DNA from: Octopus sinensis
Lineage: Eukaryota
Direction of reading: 5' to 3'
Assembly: GCF_006345805.1 (NCBI RefSeq)
Contig: NC_043002.1
Location: 90,024,001 to 90,088,000, forward strand
DNA length: 64,000 bases
Shown: positions 53,790-64,000 of the stretch, one piece after another
Layout of the letters: every line of letters begins with the position of its first letter
How positions within the stretch are numbered: the stretch's first letter is position 1
The notes under the pieces: generated by a model
Database searches by the model: none
The model's input: the letters and a program-made list of their open reading frames with translations, nothing else
Told to the model about the DNA's origin: nothing
Translations under genes and position numbers: made by a program

Positions 53790-53790
<1 letters not shown>
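53393..53790 (-). mobile_element. SINE family A
   Basis: Reverse-complement match. Confidence 0.8.
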
Positions 53791-53834
<44 letters not shown>

Positions 53835-54562
53835 TGTGTGTAGGAGGACAGCTGCTTAAAGAAGTGCTAGCCTCTAATTGCAGAGGTAACCCGCCAAAGG
53901 GATAGATCCAGAAAGACATAGGATGAAGTGGTGATGATAAAGGGTTTTCTGTATGCTGGGCCTCACTGAGGAGATGACAAGGGGCCAAGACTTCTGGTGC
54001 ATTATGCACTTGAGAAGACACTCAAGTTAAATATTATTGTGTCCATCCAAGAATACAGGCATGTCTTTTATGGCCATGCCCTCACTTTCTCTCCCAGCCA
54101 AGAGGTCTTTGTCTTGTGGGTGCTGGTGCCTGCATTTGTTCTGGTGCCACGTAAAAGCACCCATGCTGGTAGCATGTGAGAAGCATCTGTAAAGTGGTTG
54201 GCATTAGGAAAGGAATCCAGTGATAAAACCATGCCAAAACAGACAATTGGAGCCTGTCCTGCTGTCTGGTTAGCCAGCTCCTGTCAAACTACCCAACCCA
54301 TGTCAACATAGAAAATCGATGTGAAACAATGAGGACGATGATGATGATGATGATGATATATATATATATATACACACACATATGTATATTTCGTCTGCCG
54401 TTACGTTCCGAGTTCAAATTCCGTCGAGGTCGACTTTGCCTTTCATCCTTTCGGGGTCGATAAATTAAGTACCAGTTGCGCACTGGGGGGTCGATGTAAT
54501 CGACTTAATTTGGTTTAAATGTTTGACAACTCAGTACCGTCCATTGCGTGGGGAGTGTTTTG

Positions 54563-54760
54563 TCTATTATATAAAATCTGTTCTGTTTGTCTGTCTGTCT
54601 GTGTGTCTTCTAGGATCTCGGGCATCCTCCATCCGATTGCGCTCAAATTTGATATGTAGATACCGATGGTATCAGGACGTCTATAAGTCTTGAAAAAATT
54701 ACAAAAATCGATTCCAGGTGAGAATGCGATCGATAAAGCTGTGGGAACATGCACATGCGT
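54563..54760 (+). mobile_element. Helitron-like 5' end
   Basis: TCTATTATATAAAA...GTTTGTCTGTCTGTCTGTGTG...CCGATT...CAAATTTG. The 3' end was not identified. Confidence 0.55.
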
Positions 54761-55076
54761 TTTGTGCCAAAAAAGCCAGCTGGCTTGAAATAATGCCACA
54801 AAATGCAGTATATTTAAAAGACCAGAAAAGCAAGATGCAAAAGAGATATTTTCTTCAAACTTGGCATGAAGGAAGGAAAGACTATTTGGTTTCTCAAGAA
54901 GTTTTTTTTTGCCTTAACTTCATTTAACAAAATCAAAAATTTTATTGAAATAAAGGCATGCTTAATTATTTTTTAATGAAAAGAAAATACTGATTGCTTT
55001 TTATTCAGCAGATACGATGTATCACTGTCCATTGGATTTGGACGTTTGCTCGTATATATATATATATTATATATGA

Positions 55077-55125
<49 letters not shown>

Positions 55126-55356
55126 TGGCAATTATGTGGATAAATTAGATACGTTAAATATATTAAATACAGTAGTTTTGGTATGAAATACAAAATATGT
55201 ATATATGTATACATGCAAATAAGAGAAAGCAAAAGGTGGAGACTTTCAGATGATGAATTTTTAAGTATAAATATATAGATATTTATATCAATAGGTCCAA
55301 CTTACACAGAGTATAAATGACAGAGAAAATTGAAGGGTTGGAAGAAAGGTGTCATA

Positions 55357-55482
55357 AGTGCAACAGCTGTTTCTGGGGGCTCAGAGAGCCATAATAATGT
55401 TGGTAGATGTGGTTCATCACAATATGTGGCTGTAATGGATATAATCAACATTGGATAAAATGAGCCTCCATCATCAGAGTAG
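55357..55482 (-). ncRNA. Type I hammerhead motif with long stem II insertion, partly degenerate
   Basis: Minus strand: CTGATGA-TGGAGGCTCA...TGAGCCCCCA-GAAAC-AGCT-GTT. Stem II 9/10 paired, palindromic ACAGCTGT; stem I poor and triplet GUU. Sits in a TA-flanked insert (about 55126-55490). Confidence 0.62.
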
Positions 55483-55510
55483 AGAAGTAGTATATATATA
55501 TATATATATA

Positions 55511-55936
55511 GGCGCAGGAGTGGCTGTGTGGTAAGTAGCTTGCTTACCAACCACATGGTTCCGGGTTCAGTCCCACTGTGTGGCACCTTGGGCAAGTGTC
55601 TTCTACTATATCCTCGGGCTGAACAAATCCTTGTGAGTGGATTTGGTAGACAGAAACTGAAAGAAGCCCACTGTATATATGTGTATACATATTCATATAT
55701 ATATATATATATGTATGTATATGTTATTGTGTCTGTGTTTGTCCCCCCCCCCACATCGCTTGACAACTGATGCTGGTGTGTTTATGTCCCCGTCACTTAG
55801 CGGTTTGGCAAAAGGGTCCAATAGAATAAGTACTAGGCTTACAAAGAATAAGTCCTGGGGTTGATTTGCTCGACTAAAGGCTGTGCTCCAGCATGGCCAC
55901 AATCAAATGACTGAAACAAATAAAAGAAAGAAAAGA

Positions 55937-55937
<1 letters not shown>
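55511..55937 (+). mobile_element. SINE family A, full length
   Basis: Head-to-tail match. Confidence 0.9.
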
Positions 55938-55986
<49 letters not shown>

Positions 55987-57239
55987 AATACTCATTGCTG
56001 ATGTTAATGTTGTTAATTCCAACAATATAAAGACATTGTAATGTTATATTCACTACATAGATAAATCATTTTGTATTTTTTTTTTTCTTTTTCTGTTGTC
56101 TTTTGTGTGATGTACATCTGGTGTAAATATACTGAAGATTATCTGGTTCCGATGTTAGCAATTTACCAATCTAAGTACATGTCAATAATTTATATTACAT
56201 TGCTGCTGCTGTTGCTGCCGACAACAACATGGCCTGGCCTCCTCTATTGAATAGTGAACCGAGAAGTTTAGATTGGTAGTTTTAATCAAATAAGTATACT
56301 TACGTTGTCAGATTTAATCAAGCAGTTAGTAGGATACATCAAATATTTCACTGTGTTTGGTTGTATTCAAACCTACCCCACCTATCACCACCACGATCAT
56401 GACTACCACTATGACCACCACCACGACTACCACCGCGACCACCATGACCATGACCACAACCATGACCACCACCACCACCACCACAACCATCACCACCACC
56501 ACCACCTAATTCTTTACTACCCACAAAGGGCTAAACACAGAGGGGACAAACAAGGACAGGCAAAGGGATTAAGTCGATTACATCGACTGGTGCTTAATTT
56601 ATCGACCCTGAAAGGATGAAAGGCTAAGTCGACCTCGGCGGAATTTGAACTCAGAACGTAAACGCCAGATGAAATACGGCTACGCATTTCGCCCGGCGTG
56701 CTAACATTTCTGCCAGCTTGCCGCCTTCCACCACCACCACCACCACAACCACAACCACCACCCTATTCTCCACTGCTGCCGCCACTGCCACCATCACTAC
56801 TACCACCACCACCACTATCACCACCACCACCACTGCCGCCACCTTCAACTGGCCATGTCATAACATTTACTGAGACAGAATCCTCCATCTTAGCTTGCAG
56901 CTAATTTTAAATCTCATAAACTTTCTTCTTCATGTCCAAACGAGAGAGAGAGAGAGAGAAAGAAAGATAGATAGACTGAGAGAGAGATAGAGATAGATAG
57001 CTAGATAAATACAAACAGAGAGAGAGAGAGAGACACACACACACAGAGACAGAGACAGAGAGAAAGAGAGAAGAAAGAGACAGAGAGTGAGAAATAGGTG
57101 AGATGGAAGGGGGAGATATAGTTAGGAACACCTTCAACCCCAACCCCCTCTTTATTTCGTGTCATTGATCTAAATCTTTATATTTCACGTCAGATTTTCA
57201 AACCAATTGATAAGTTTGATTCTGATCATGCATGAACTG

Positions 57240-57320
57240 TTATTATTATTATTATTGTTGTTGTCATTATTATTATCATTATCATTATTATTATTATTGT
57301 TGTTGTCATTATTATTATTA

Positions 57321-57354
<34 letters not shown>

Positions 57355-57365
57355 CATCATCATTA

Positions 57366-57403
<38 letters not shown>

Positions 57404-57417
57404 TATTATTACCATTA

Positions 57418-57455
<38 letters not shown>

Positions 57456-57480
57456 GTTATTATTATCATTGTTATTATTT
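57240..57480. repeat. (TTA)n microsatellite
   Basis: Direct reading. Confidence 0.95.
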
Positions 57481-57661
57481 ATGAAGAATTTCATTGAAAA
57501 TCTATTTCTGAACATGTTTCTTTGCTGACATTCAAATTGAATAAATTCCTTAATATATTCATGTCTCCCACATTGCAAAGGCTTTTACTTGGAAAATGGT
57601 TTTAATCCTTTATTTACTTATTGGTTTTTTTGGTTTGGATTTATATGTATATATATACATT

Positions 57662-57726
<65 letters not shown>

Positions 57727-57734
57727 TATATATG

Positions 57735-57793
<59 letters not shown>

Positions 57794-58079
57794 ATATATG
57801 TATTGTTTGTATGTATGTATTTTTTTTCTTTATTCCCTGGGTGGGAAGCAATGATGTCTGCTATACACACAAACGCGCTCCCCTCTAGCAAGTTCATTTA
57901 ATAAAAATATCACTTCATTTACTTATTTTATAAGTAAATGATAATTTCATCTTTATTTCGTTTATATGGTTCTATACTTATATATATATATATCTTATAC
58001 ACACACATGTGTGTATGTTGACAAATGTATGCATACATTATCTATATATATGTACATAATTTTAAAATATTATACATAC

Positions 58080-58119
<40 letters not shown>

Positions 58120-58424
58120 TAACAATTTGTCTAGATTATTATTTAGCAGAATAAAGATTAAAATGTAATAAATTTCTGTTTCATGTGTGGTGAAGAGAAT
58201 TCTAACGTTTTGAGTAGAAAGTGTTGATGAATGATTAAATGTGGGGCATGTTCATCATTGAATTTGGAAGTGCATCGATGATTAAACTTTGGGGTATTTT
58301 GTTAATTTAAAGTGGGGATGTGTTGGGCTTTAATGTGGTGTGTTGGTGATTAAACATGAGGGTATTTTGTTGCTTTAATGCGAAGAGGATGTGTTGTTCA
58401 TTATATAAGGGGTGATTTGTAATT

Positions 58425-58523
58425 GAATGATGAAAAATGAATGATGAAAAATTGAATGATGAAAAATGAATGATGAAAAATTGAATGATGAAAAATGAAT
58501 GAAGAAAAACTGAATGATGAAAA
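58425..58523. repeat. 14-bp tandem repeat (GAATGATGAAAAAT), about 7 units
   Basis: Direct reading. Confidence 0.9.
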
Positions 58524-58559
58524 ACACACTGTATAGAGAATGAAATATCCACAGAGTCA

Positions 58560-59200
58560 GTTGATCTATGGTTTCATTTCCAAGAAATATAAACCAGTAG
58601 TTTGTATTTCGTGGGCCCTGGGATAGCTATGAATGGTCAAAAGTACCTGGAAATCTTGGTAGAGAAACTGAAAATGCACATGCATATTCTTTTATATTTT
58701 TATTTACTTGTTTCAGTCGACAGCAGCCATGCTGGAGCACTGCATTAAAGGGTTTTTGTCAAAAAAATTGACTCCAGGGCTTATTCTTTGTAAGCCTAGT
58801 ACTTAATCTATCAGTCTCTTTTAATGAACTGCTAGATTACAGGGATGTATATGTGACAGGCTTCTTTGAGTTTCTGTCTACCAAATCCACTCACAAAGCT
58901 CTGGTCAGCCTGAGGCTATTATAGGAGAAACTTGCCCAAGGTGCCACATAGAGGAACTGTAATTTCAACCATGTGGCTGGGAAGCAAGTTTCTTACCATG
59001 GTACAACATATTCATGCACAATGGTGCTCCATGTCATAGAATAAAAATTGTACAATTCCTTAAAAAGGTCAAGGTCATGAGACAAGAATGGCTTTAGTCT
59101 CCTTAGAAATTTGTGGTAATACATGAAAAACAAGGTTGCTGACAAACAACCATCCTGTGCAAAAGCCTTAGTAGAAGCTATTAAGGAGGTATAGATTAAA
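58560..59200 (+). mobile_element. Tc1 transposase remnant interrupted by a SINE A (about 58690-58998, minus)
   Basis: MNGQKYLEILVEKLK, FMHNGAPCH (QDxAPxH equivalent) and ENLW.YMKNKVADKQP. Confidence 0.75.
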
Positions 59201-59324
59201 GTGGGGTGTGCAAGTGATTAAATGTAGGGATGTGTTGGTTAATAAATGTGTGGTGTCATTCAGTGCGGGGTGTTTTGGTGATTGTATTATATTGTGATTG
59301 TATTATATTGTATACATAGGTGTG

Positions 59325-59655
59325 AAGGGGCATGGCTCAGTGGTTAGAGCGTTGGGCTCACTATCATGAGGTAGTGAGTTCGATTCCTGAACCAGGCTGT
59401 GTGTTGTGTTCTTGAGCAAGACACTTTATTTCACATTACTCCAGTTCACTCAGTTGTTGAAATGATTTGCAATGTCACTGGTGCCAAGCTGTATTGTTCT
59501 TTGCCTTTCCCTTGGATAACATTGGTGGCATGGAATGAGGTAGCCCCCTTGCATGGGCAACTACAGGTTTTCCATAAACAACTTTTCCTGGACTTGTGCC
59601 TTGAAGGGGCTCTTTCTCATTGAAACCCCATGGTCATTAATGACTGAAGGGATTC
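59325..59655 (+). mobile_element. SINE family D tail variant 2
   Basis: GCATGGCTCAGTGGTTAGAGC...GAGTTCGATTCC head; homologous to 15842-16110. Confidence 0.8.
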
Positions 59656-60038
59656 CTTTATGCATAGGTATCGTCCACCTCAGAACCAGGTACTGCGACA
59701 GCTTAGGATTCAAAGGCCCACTACTCTTCAATGCCCAGCCAAAAAATTAAGAAACTTGCACAATGTGGATATGGATGTCTTGAAAAAGGAACTGGACATT
59801 CTCCTATAAAGAAGAACCAATGATCCAACATGACATACAGATGATGGCAGCAATGTCAAACTCCCTCATACACCAAATGAGTGATGATATGAAATCCCAC
59901 CACCCTGAAGAAATCAATCAAAGAAAAATGATATGCAAAAATGCAAACTCATGGTTTTAAATAATACGCAAAATCACTATTTTAATTAATAAAGGTGTTG
60001 TGTGTCTTTTATTTTGGTTTGTCCACTCACTTGTGTGT

Positions 60039-60077
<39 letters not shown>

Positions 60078-60168
60078 AATTTTTTGCGTAATGAGATAAA
60101 AAACCAAGGCTGTGTAGATATTAGAATGTTTATAGATTGGTCTTACAGCTTAACCATCCTCTCACACT

Positions 60169-60220
60169 GTCTCTGATGAAGGGATATAATCAATAAATAT
60201 CCTGGAAACAGCTGTAAGAC
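60169..60220 (+). ncRNA. Minimal type I hammerhead ribozyme, copy 1
   Basis: GTCT-CTGATGA-A-GGGATAT-AATCAATAA-ATATCCT-G-GAAAC-AGCT-GTA^AGAC; predicted cleavage after 60216. Confidence 0.85.
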
Positions 60221-60561
60221 CTTCTATCTATAAATGTTCTAATATCTACACAGCCTTGGTTTTTTTATCTCATTATGCAAAAAATTCTTATATACACCCA
60301 CTGACATAGGACCAATGTTGAACCCCTTATTCACAAAATTACCAAACCTGGAACTTAACTATGGTCTGTCTGTATAGCACTTATTCAGTATTACCTGACA
60401 CCTTTTGGTCTCAATGACACCATTATCTCTTATAACCTCAAGTATATATATATATATATATATATATAAGAATTTTTTGCGTAATGAGATAAAAAACCAA
60501 GGCTGTGTAGATATTAGAATGTTTATAGATTGGTCTTACAGCTTAACCATCCTCTCACACT

Positions 60562-60612
60562 GTCTCTGATGAAGGGATATAATCATAAATATCCTGGAAA
60601 CAGCTGTAAGAC
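60562..60612 (+). ncRNA. Minimal type I hammerhead ribozyme, copy 2
   Basis: Same fold as copy 1; predicted cleavage after 60608. Confidence 0.85.
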
Positions 60613-60886
60613 CTTCTATCTATAATGTTCTAATATCTACACAGCCTTGGTTTTTTTATCTCATTATGCAAAAAATTCTTATATACACCCACTGACATAG
60701 GACCAATGTTGAACCCCTTATTCACAAAATTACCAAACCTGGAACTTAACTATGGTCTGTCTGTATAGCACTTATTCAGTATTACCTGACACCTTTTGGT
60801 CTCAATGACACCATTATCTCTTATAACCTCAAGTATATATATATATATATATAATAAATACATACATATATATATATAATATATAT

Positions 60887-60965
<79 letters not shown>

Positions 60966-61181
60966 TATATATGTATATATATATATATGTATATATGTTG
61001 GCGTTAGGAAGGGCATCCAGCTGTAGAAACACTGCCAGATAAGACTGGAGCCTGGTGCAGCCTTCTGGCTTCCCAGATCCCCGGTCGAACCGTCCAACCC
61101 ATGCTAGCATGGAGAACGGACGTTAAACGATGATGATGATGATGATGATGATACATATACATACATTCATACATACATACA

Positions 61182-61213
<32 letters not shown>

Positions 61214-61327
61214 GGATATGTAGTACAAATTTAGATATTGCAATGTAGATATTGTAGTGTATGTTTATATATTTATAATTTAAAGTTTGTGGCATAAATA
61301 TAGTTACTGTAATATATTATACACTTG

Positions 61328-61640
61328 TGGAGGCGCAATGGCCCAGTGGTTAAGGCAGTGAACTCGCGGTCAGAGGATCGCGGTTTCGATTCCCAGACCG
61401 GGCGTTGTGTGTGTTTAATGAGCGAAAACACCTAAAAGCCCCACGAAGCTCCCGCAGGGGATGGTGGCGATCCCTGCTGTACTCTTTCGCCACAACTTTC
61501 TCTCACTCTTTCTTCTGTTGGCCTGCTCGCTTAGCCAGTGTGGTGGCGTCATTCGAAGGCTAAAACAATGCGAACGCATTGTGACCAGCGATGTGTAGCA
61601 ACGTCTGATAGCCTGGTCGGTCACGGTGATCACGGTGATT
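61328..61640 (+). mobile_element. tRNA(Arg)-related SINE family D, tail variant 4
   Basis: Head and core nearly the same as 46109-46488, but a different 3' half ending GGTCACGGTGATCACGGTGAT. Confidence 0.85.
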
Positions 61641-62200
61641 ATACACTTAGATATTATAAAATATTGACATAAAAATATATATAGTGATATAGTTTAGATA
61701 TAGAGACACTAATATAGTGCGAATATAAGTATTGTAATTAACAGTGTACAGCTGATGTTTACTGTTTCGTAGTGATAATTAATAAGAAGATTAATGGGTG
61801 GAAGTTAAATACAAGAGGACTGTATAGATAATAAAATATAATATTAAAGAGAATCTTGTGAGGGAAGAAAGTAAGGTTATAAAGCAACAGCAAAAAACAT
61901 ACAAAATTATATATGAATGTATATAGATATATGTGCAGACATACATACACACCTGTATGCATCCCTACTTATGTTTACGTGTGAACATAGATACATACAC
62001 ATGCACAAGGACATGTACTCACTGATGAAGAAGAGAATGAGTGAGAAGATTGGGGAAAAGCAAGATGCATCAGGAAAAGAGAATTAAAAAAAAATACTCT
62101 GATCAAAGAGAATGGGAGTGGTCGATGCTTGGATACAAATGGATATGAGATCTGAAGAGACATAAGCATTTACATGTTTGTGTGATGCATGTGTGTGTAT

Positions 62201-62254
<54 letters not shown>

Positions 62255-62451
62255 TGTGTGTGTGTGTGTGTGTGTGCATGTTGTTGTGCACAAGAACATG
62301 AACTTGCATTGATATAAATATTGGTTTCAAGAAAACAGGTAAAGGAAGGAAGTAGTGATAAAAGAAACGAACAGTCAGGAAAAACCTAAACATTCATTGA
62401 TAGCTTCAGGTGTGGGAAGGTGTAAATATGCTGTATGTGTGTGTGAGGGGG

Positions 62452-62486
<35 letters not shown>

Positions 62487-62649
62487 GATTCAGTGCAAGG
62501 TGTTACCATGAGTGGTTCACCTGCAAAATTCTAATGCCCATCCAAGGGCTGAGAGATTCTTGGAACATTCTGGCATGCACAAATATCATGAAAGCTGTTG
62601 TCAGAATTGGGGATCATTTTGGTGTGTGAACCAGCATATCTGCATTCGT

Positions 62650-62848
62650 TCTCTTTTACTTGTTTCAGTCATTGGACTGCAGCCATGCTGGAGCACCGCC
62701 TTTAGTCGAGCAAACTGACCCCAGGACTTATTCTTTGTAAGCCTAGTACTTATTCTATTGGTCTCTTTTGCCGAACTGCTAATTTAAGGGGACGTAAACA
62801 CACCAGCATCGGTTGTCAAGCGATGTTGGGGGTGGGGGACAGACACAG

Positions 62849-62889
<41 letters not shown>

Positions 62890-63360
62890 CAATAAAATAT
62901 AATATTAATTAGAGACAAAACCACTATTATGCAAATCAAACAAAGAAAGACTTAATCCAATACATAAAAAATCTTATATAAATTAAATATAATTAAGATA
63001 TCCACTACGATCGTTTCTTGTCACTTCTAAGGACATTCATCAGGTGGTTTCAAGACCTAAAATATAATTAATATTTTTAAGATATAAATTTGAAATGACT
63101 AAAATATATAAAATATATTCAATCCTAAATCTGATTTTTCCCTGTAAATTTGGATTTATTCCCTAATATTTATTATTATATACATATACATATATACAAC
63201 GGGCTTCTTTCGGTTTCCGTCTAACAAATCCAGTCACTAGGCTTTGGTCGGCCCGAGGCCATAGTAGAAGACACTTGCCCAAGGTGCCACGCAGTGGGAC
63301 TGAACCCGGAACCATGTGGCTGGTAAGCAAGCTACTTACCACACAGCCACTTTTGCGCCT
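62650..63360 (-). mobile_element. SINE family A with an HHR element inserted in its internal TA tract
   Basis: SINE halves at 62650-62885 and 63185-63360 flank a ~290-bp insert. Confidence 0.88.
63002..63047 (-). ncRNA. Minimal type I hammerhead ribozyme
   Basis: Minus strand: CCAC-CTGATGA-A-TGTC-CTTAGAAGT-GACA-A-GAAAC-GATC-GTA^GTGG. Four-bp stem I, 4-bp stem II, palindromic ACGATCGT, GUA triplet. Confidence 0.82.
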
Positions 63361-64000
63361 ATAATTCTGTTATTCTGTTATCAAGTAGAACAACTATCAA
63401 TGGAAATTCAGCCATTACCTTCTCATATTTTAGAGGTGTGTGTGTGTGGGGATGATATAGTGTAATTTGAAGGATATTTAGCTGCAATTTTTAGCAAGTT
63501 TATTGACTATATTGAGGCTCTTTCTAGTGCTTGTGATATAATGGAATTGGGTTTTGATATTAATTCTAAAAAGTCAGGTGGCGAGCTGGGAGAATCATTA
63601 GCATACCAGGCAAAATGTTTAACAGCATTTTGTCTGTCTTTATGTTCTGAGTTCAGATGCCGCCAAAATTGATCTTGCATCTCATTCTTTTGGGATTGAT
63701 GAAATAAGTACCAGTTGAACCCTGGGCTCGATATAATTGACTTATTTCCTCCTATTTAATTGGAAATATTAGAATCAAATATGGTACCTGGGTGGGAGGG
63801 AGGTATTTGAAAGTTCACATTTGAGTGTTGCTGAGAATGAAGGGATACTTAATTAGTAAGTTATGTAGATTCTTTTTTCTGTTTTTTTTTGAGTGGGAGA
63901 GAGGGAAATAAGAATGAAATAAAATTGGAGTGATTTCTGGGAGATGGAGGGAGATCACTGCATAGTATCTTAGGCAAGTGTCTTCAATTATGGCCCTGGT

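Larger units (their letters stand above)
60075..60833 (+). repeat. Tandem dimer of a ~390-bp HHR-bearing unit (retrozyme or pLTR-like) in (TA)n
   Basis: Units 60075-60442 and 60468-60833 differ only by single-base indels as far as read. (TA)n separates and flanks them. Each unit has a ~75-bp inverted repeat. Confidence 0.9.

Noticed and set aside
56305-56904. His-rich and Pro-rich ORFs
   Set aside because: These are (CAC)n-type trinucleotide repeats flanking a SINE B.
61328-61403. tRNA-Arg-like sequence (also 46415-46488, 46499-46570, 59330-59400)
   Set aside because: No proper acceptor stem and it continues into a SINE body, so these are SINE heads, not tRNA genes.
12541-62032. Other CTGATGA hits (12544, 36196, 41404, 42286, 46025, 62022)
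   Set aside because: No downstream GAAA, stem III and NUH arrangement.
62400-62650. Possible alternative first exon after the (GA)n tract
   Set aside because: No clear donor site and no PLEKHH-like peptide was recognised.

Overview
AT-rich, microsatellite- and repeat-dense eukaryotic DNA. The SINE inventory points to a coleoid cephalopod, most likely Octopus (inference). Only one host coding exon is supportable: 48614-48751 (+), which encodes the N-terminal coiled coil of a PLEKHH1/2 (MAX-1)-like protein. The rest is intronic or upstream DNA holding tRNA-derived SINEs, fragments of RTE, CR1/L2 and R4/Dong LINEs, a Penelope-like (GIY-YIG) element, mariner, Tc1, MULE, hAT and Helitron remnants, and an LTR with a tRNA-Trp PBS. 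The main signal not shown by the ORF track is about ten minimal type I hammerhead ribozyme (HHR) motifs (CTGANGA, stem II, GAAA, palindromic stem III, NUH) in otherwise unrelated short elements, most of them inserted in (TA)n tracts. One lies directly downstream of the Penelope GIY-YIG ORF. Two form a 392-nt tandem dimer, each enclosed by a ~75-bp inverted repeat, on the sense strand of the host intron. All structures were read by eye, and repeat coordinates are approximate to within about 10-20 bp.
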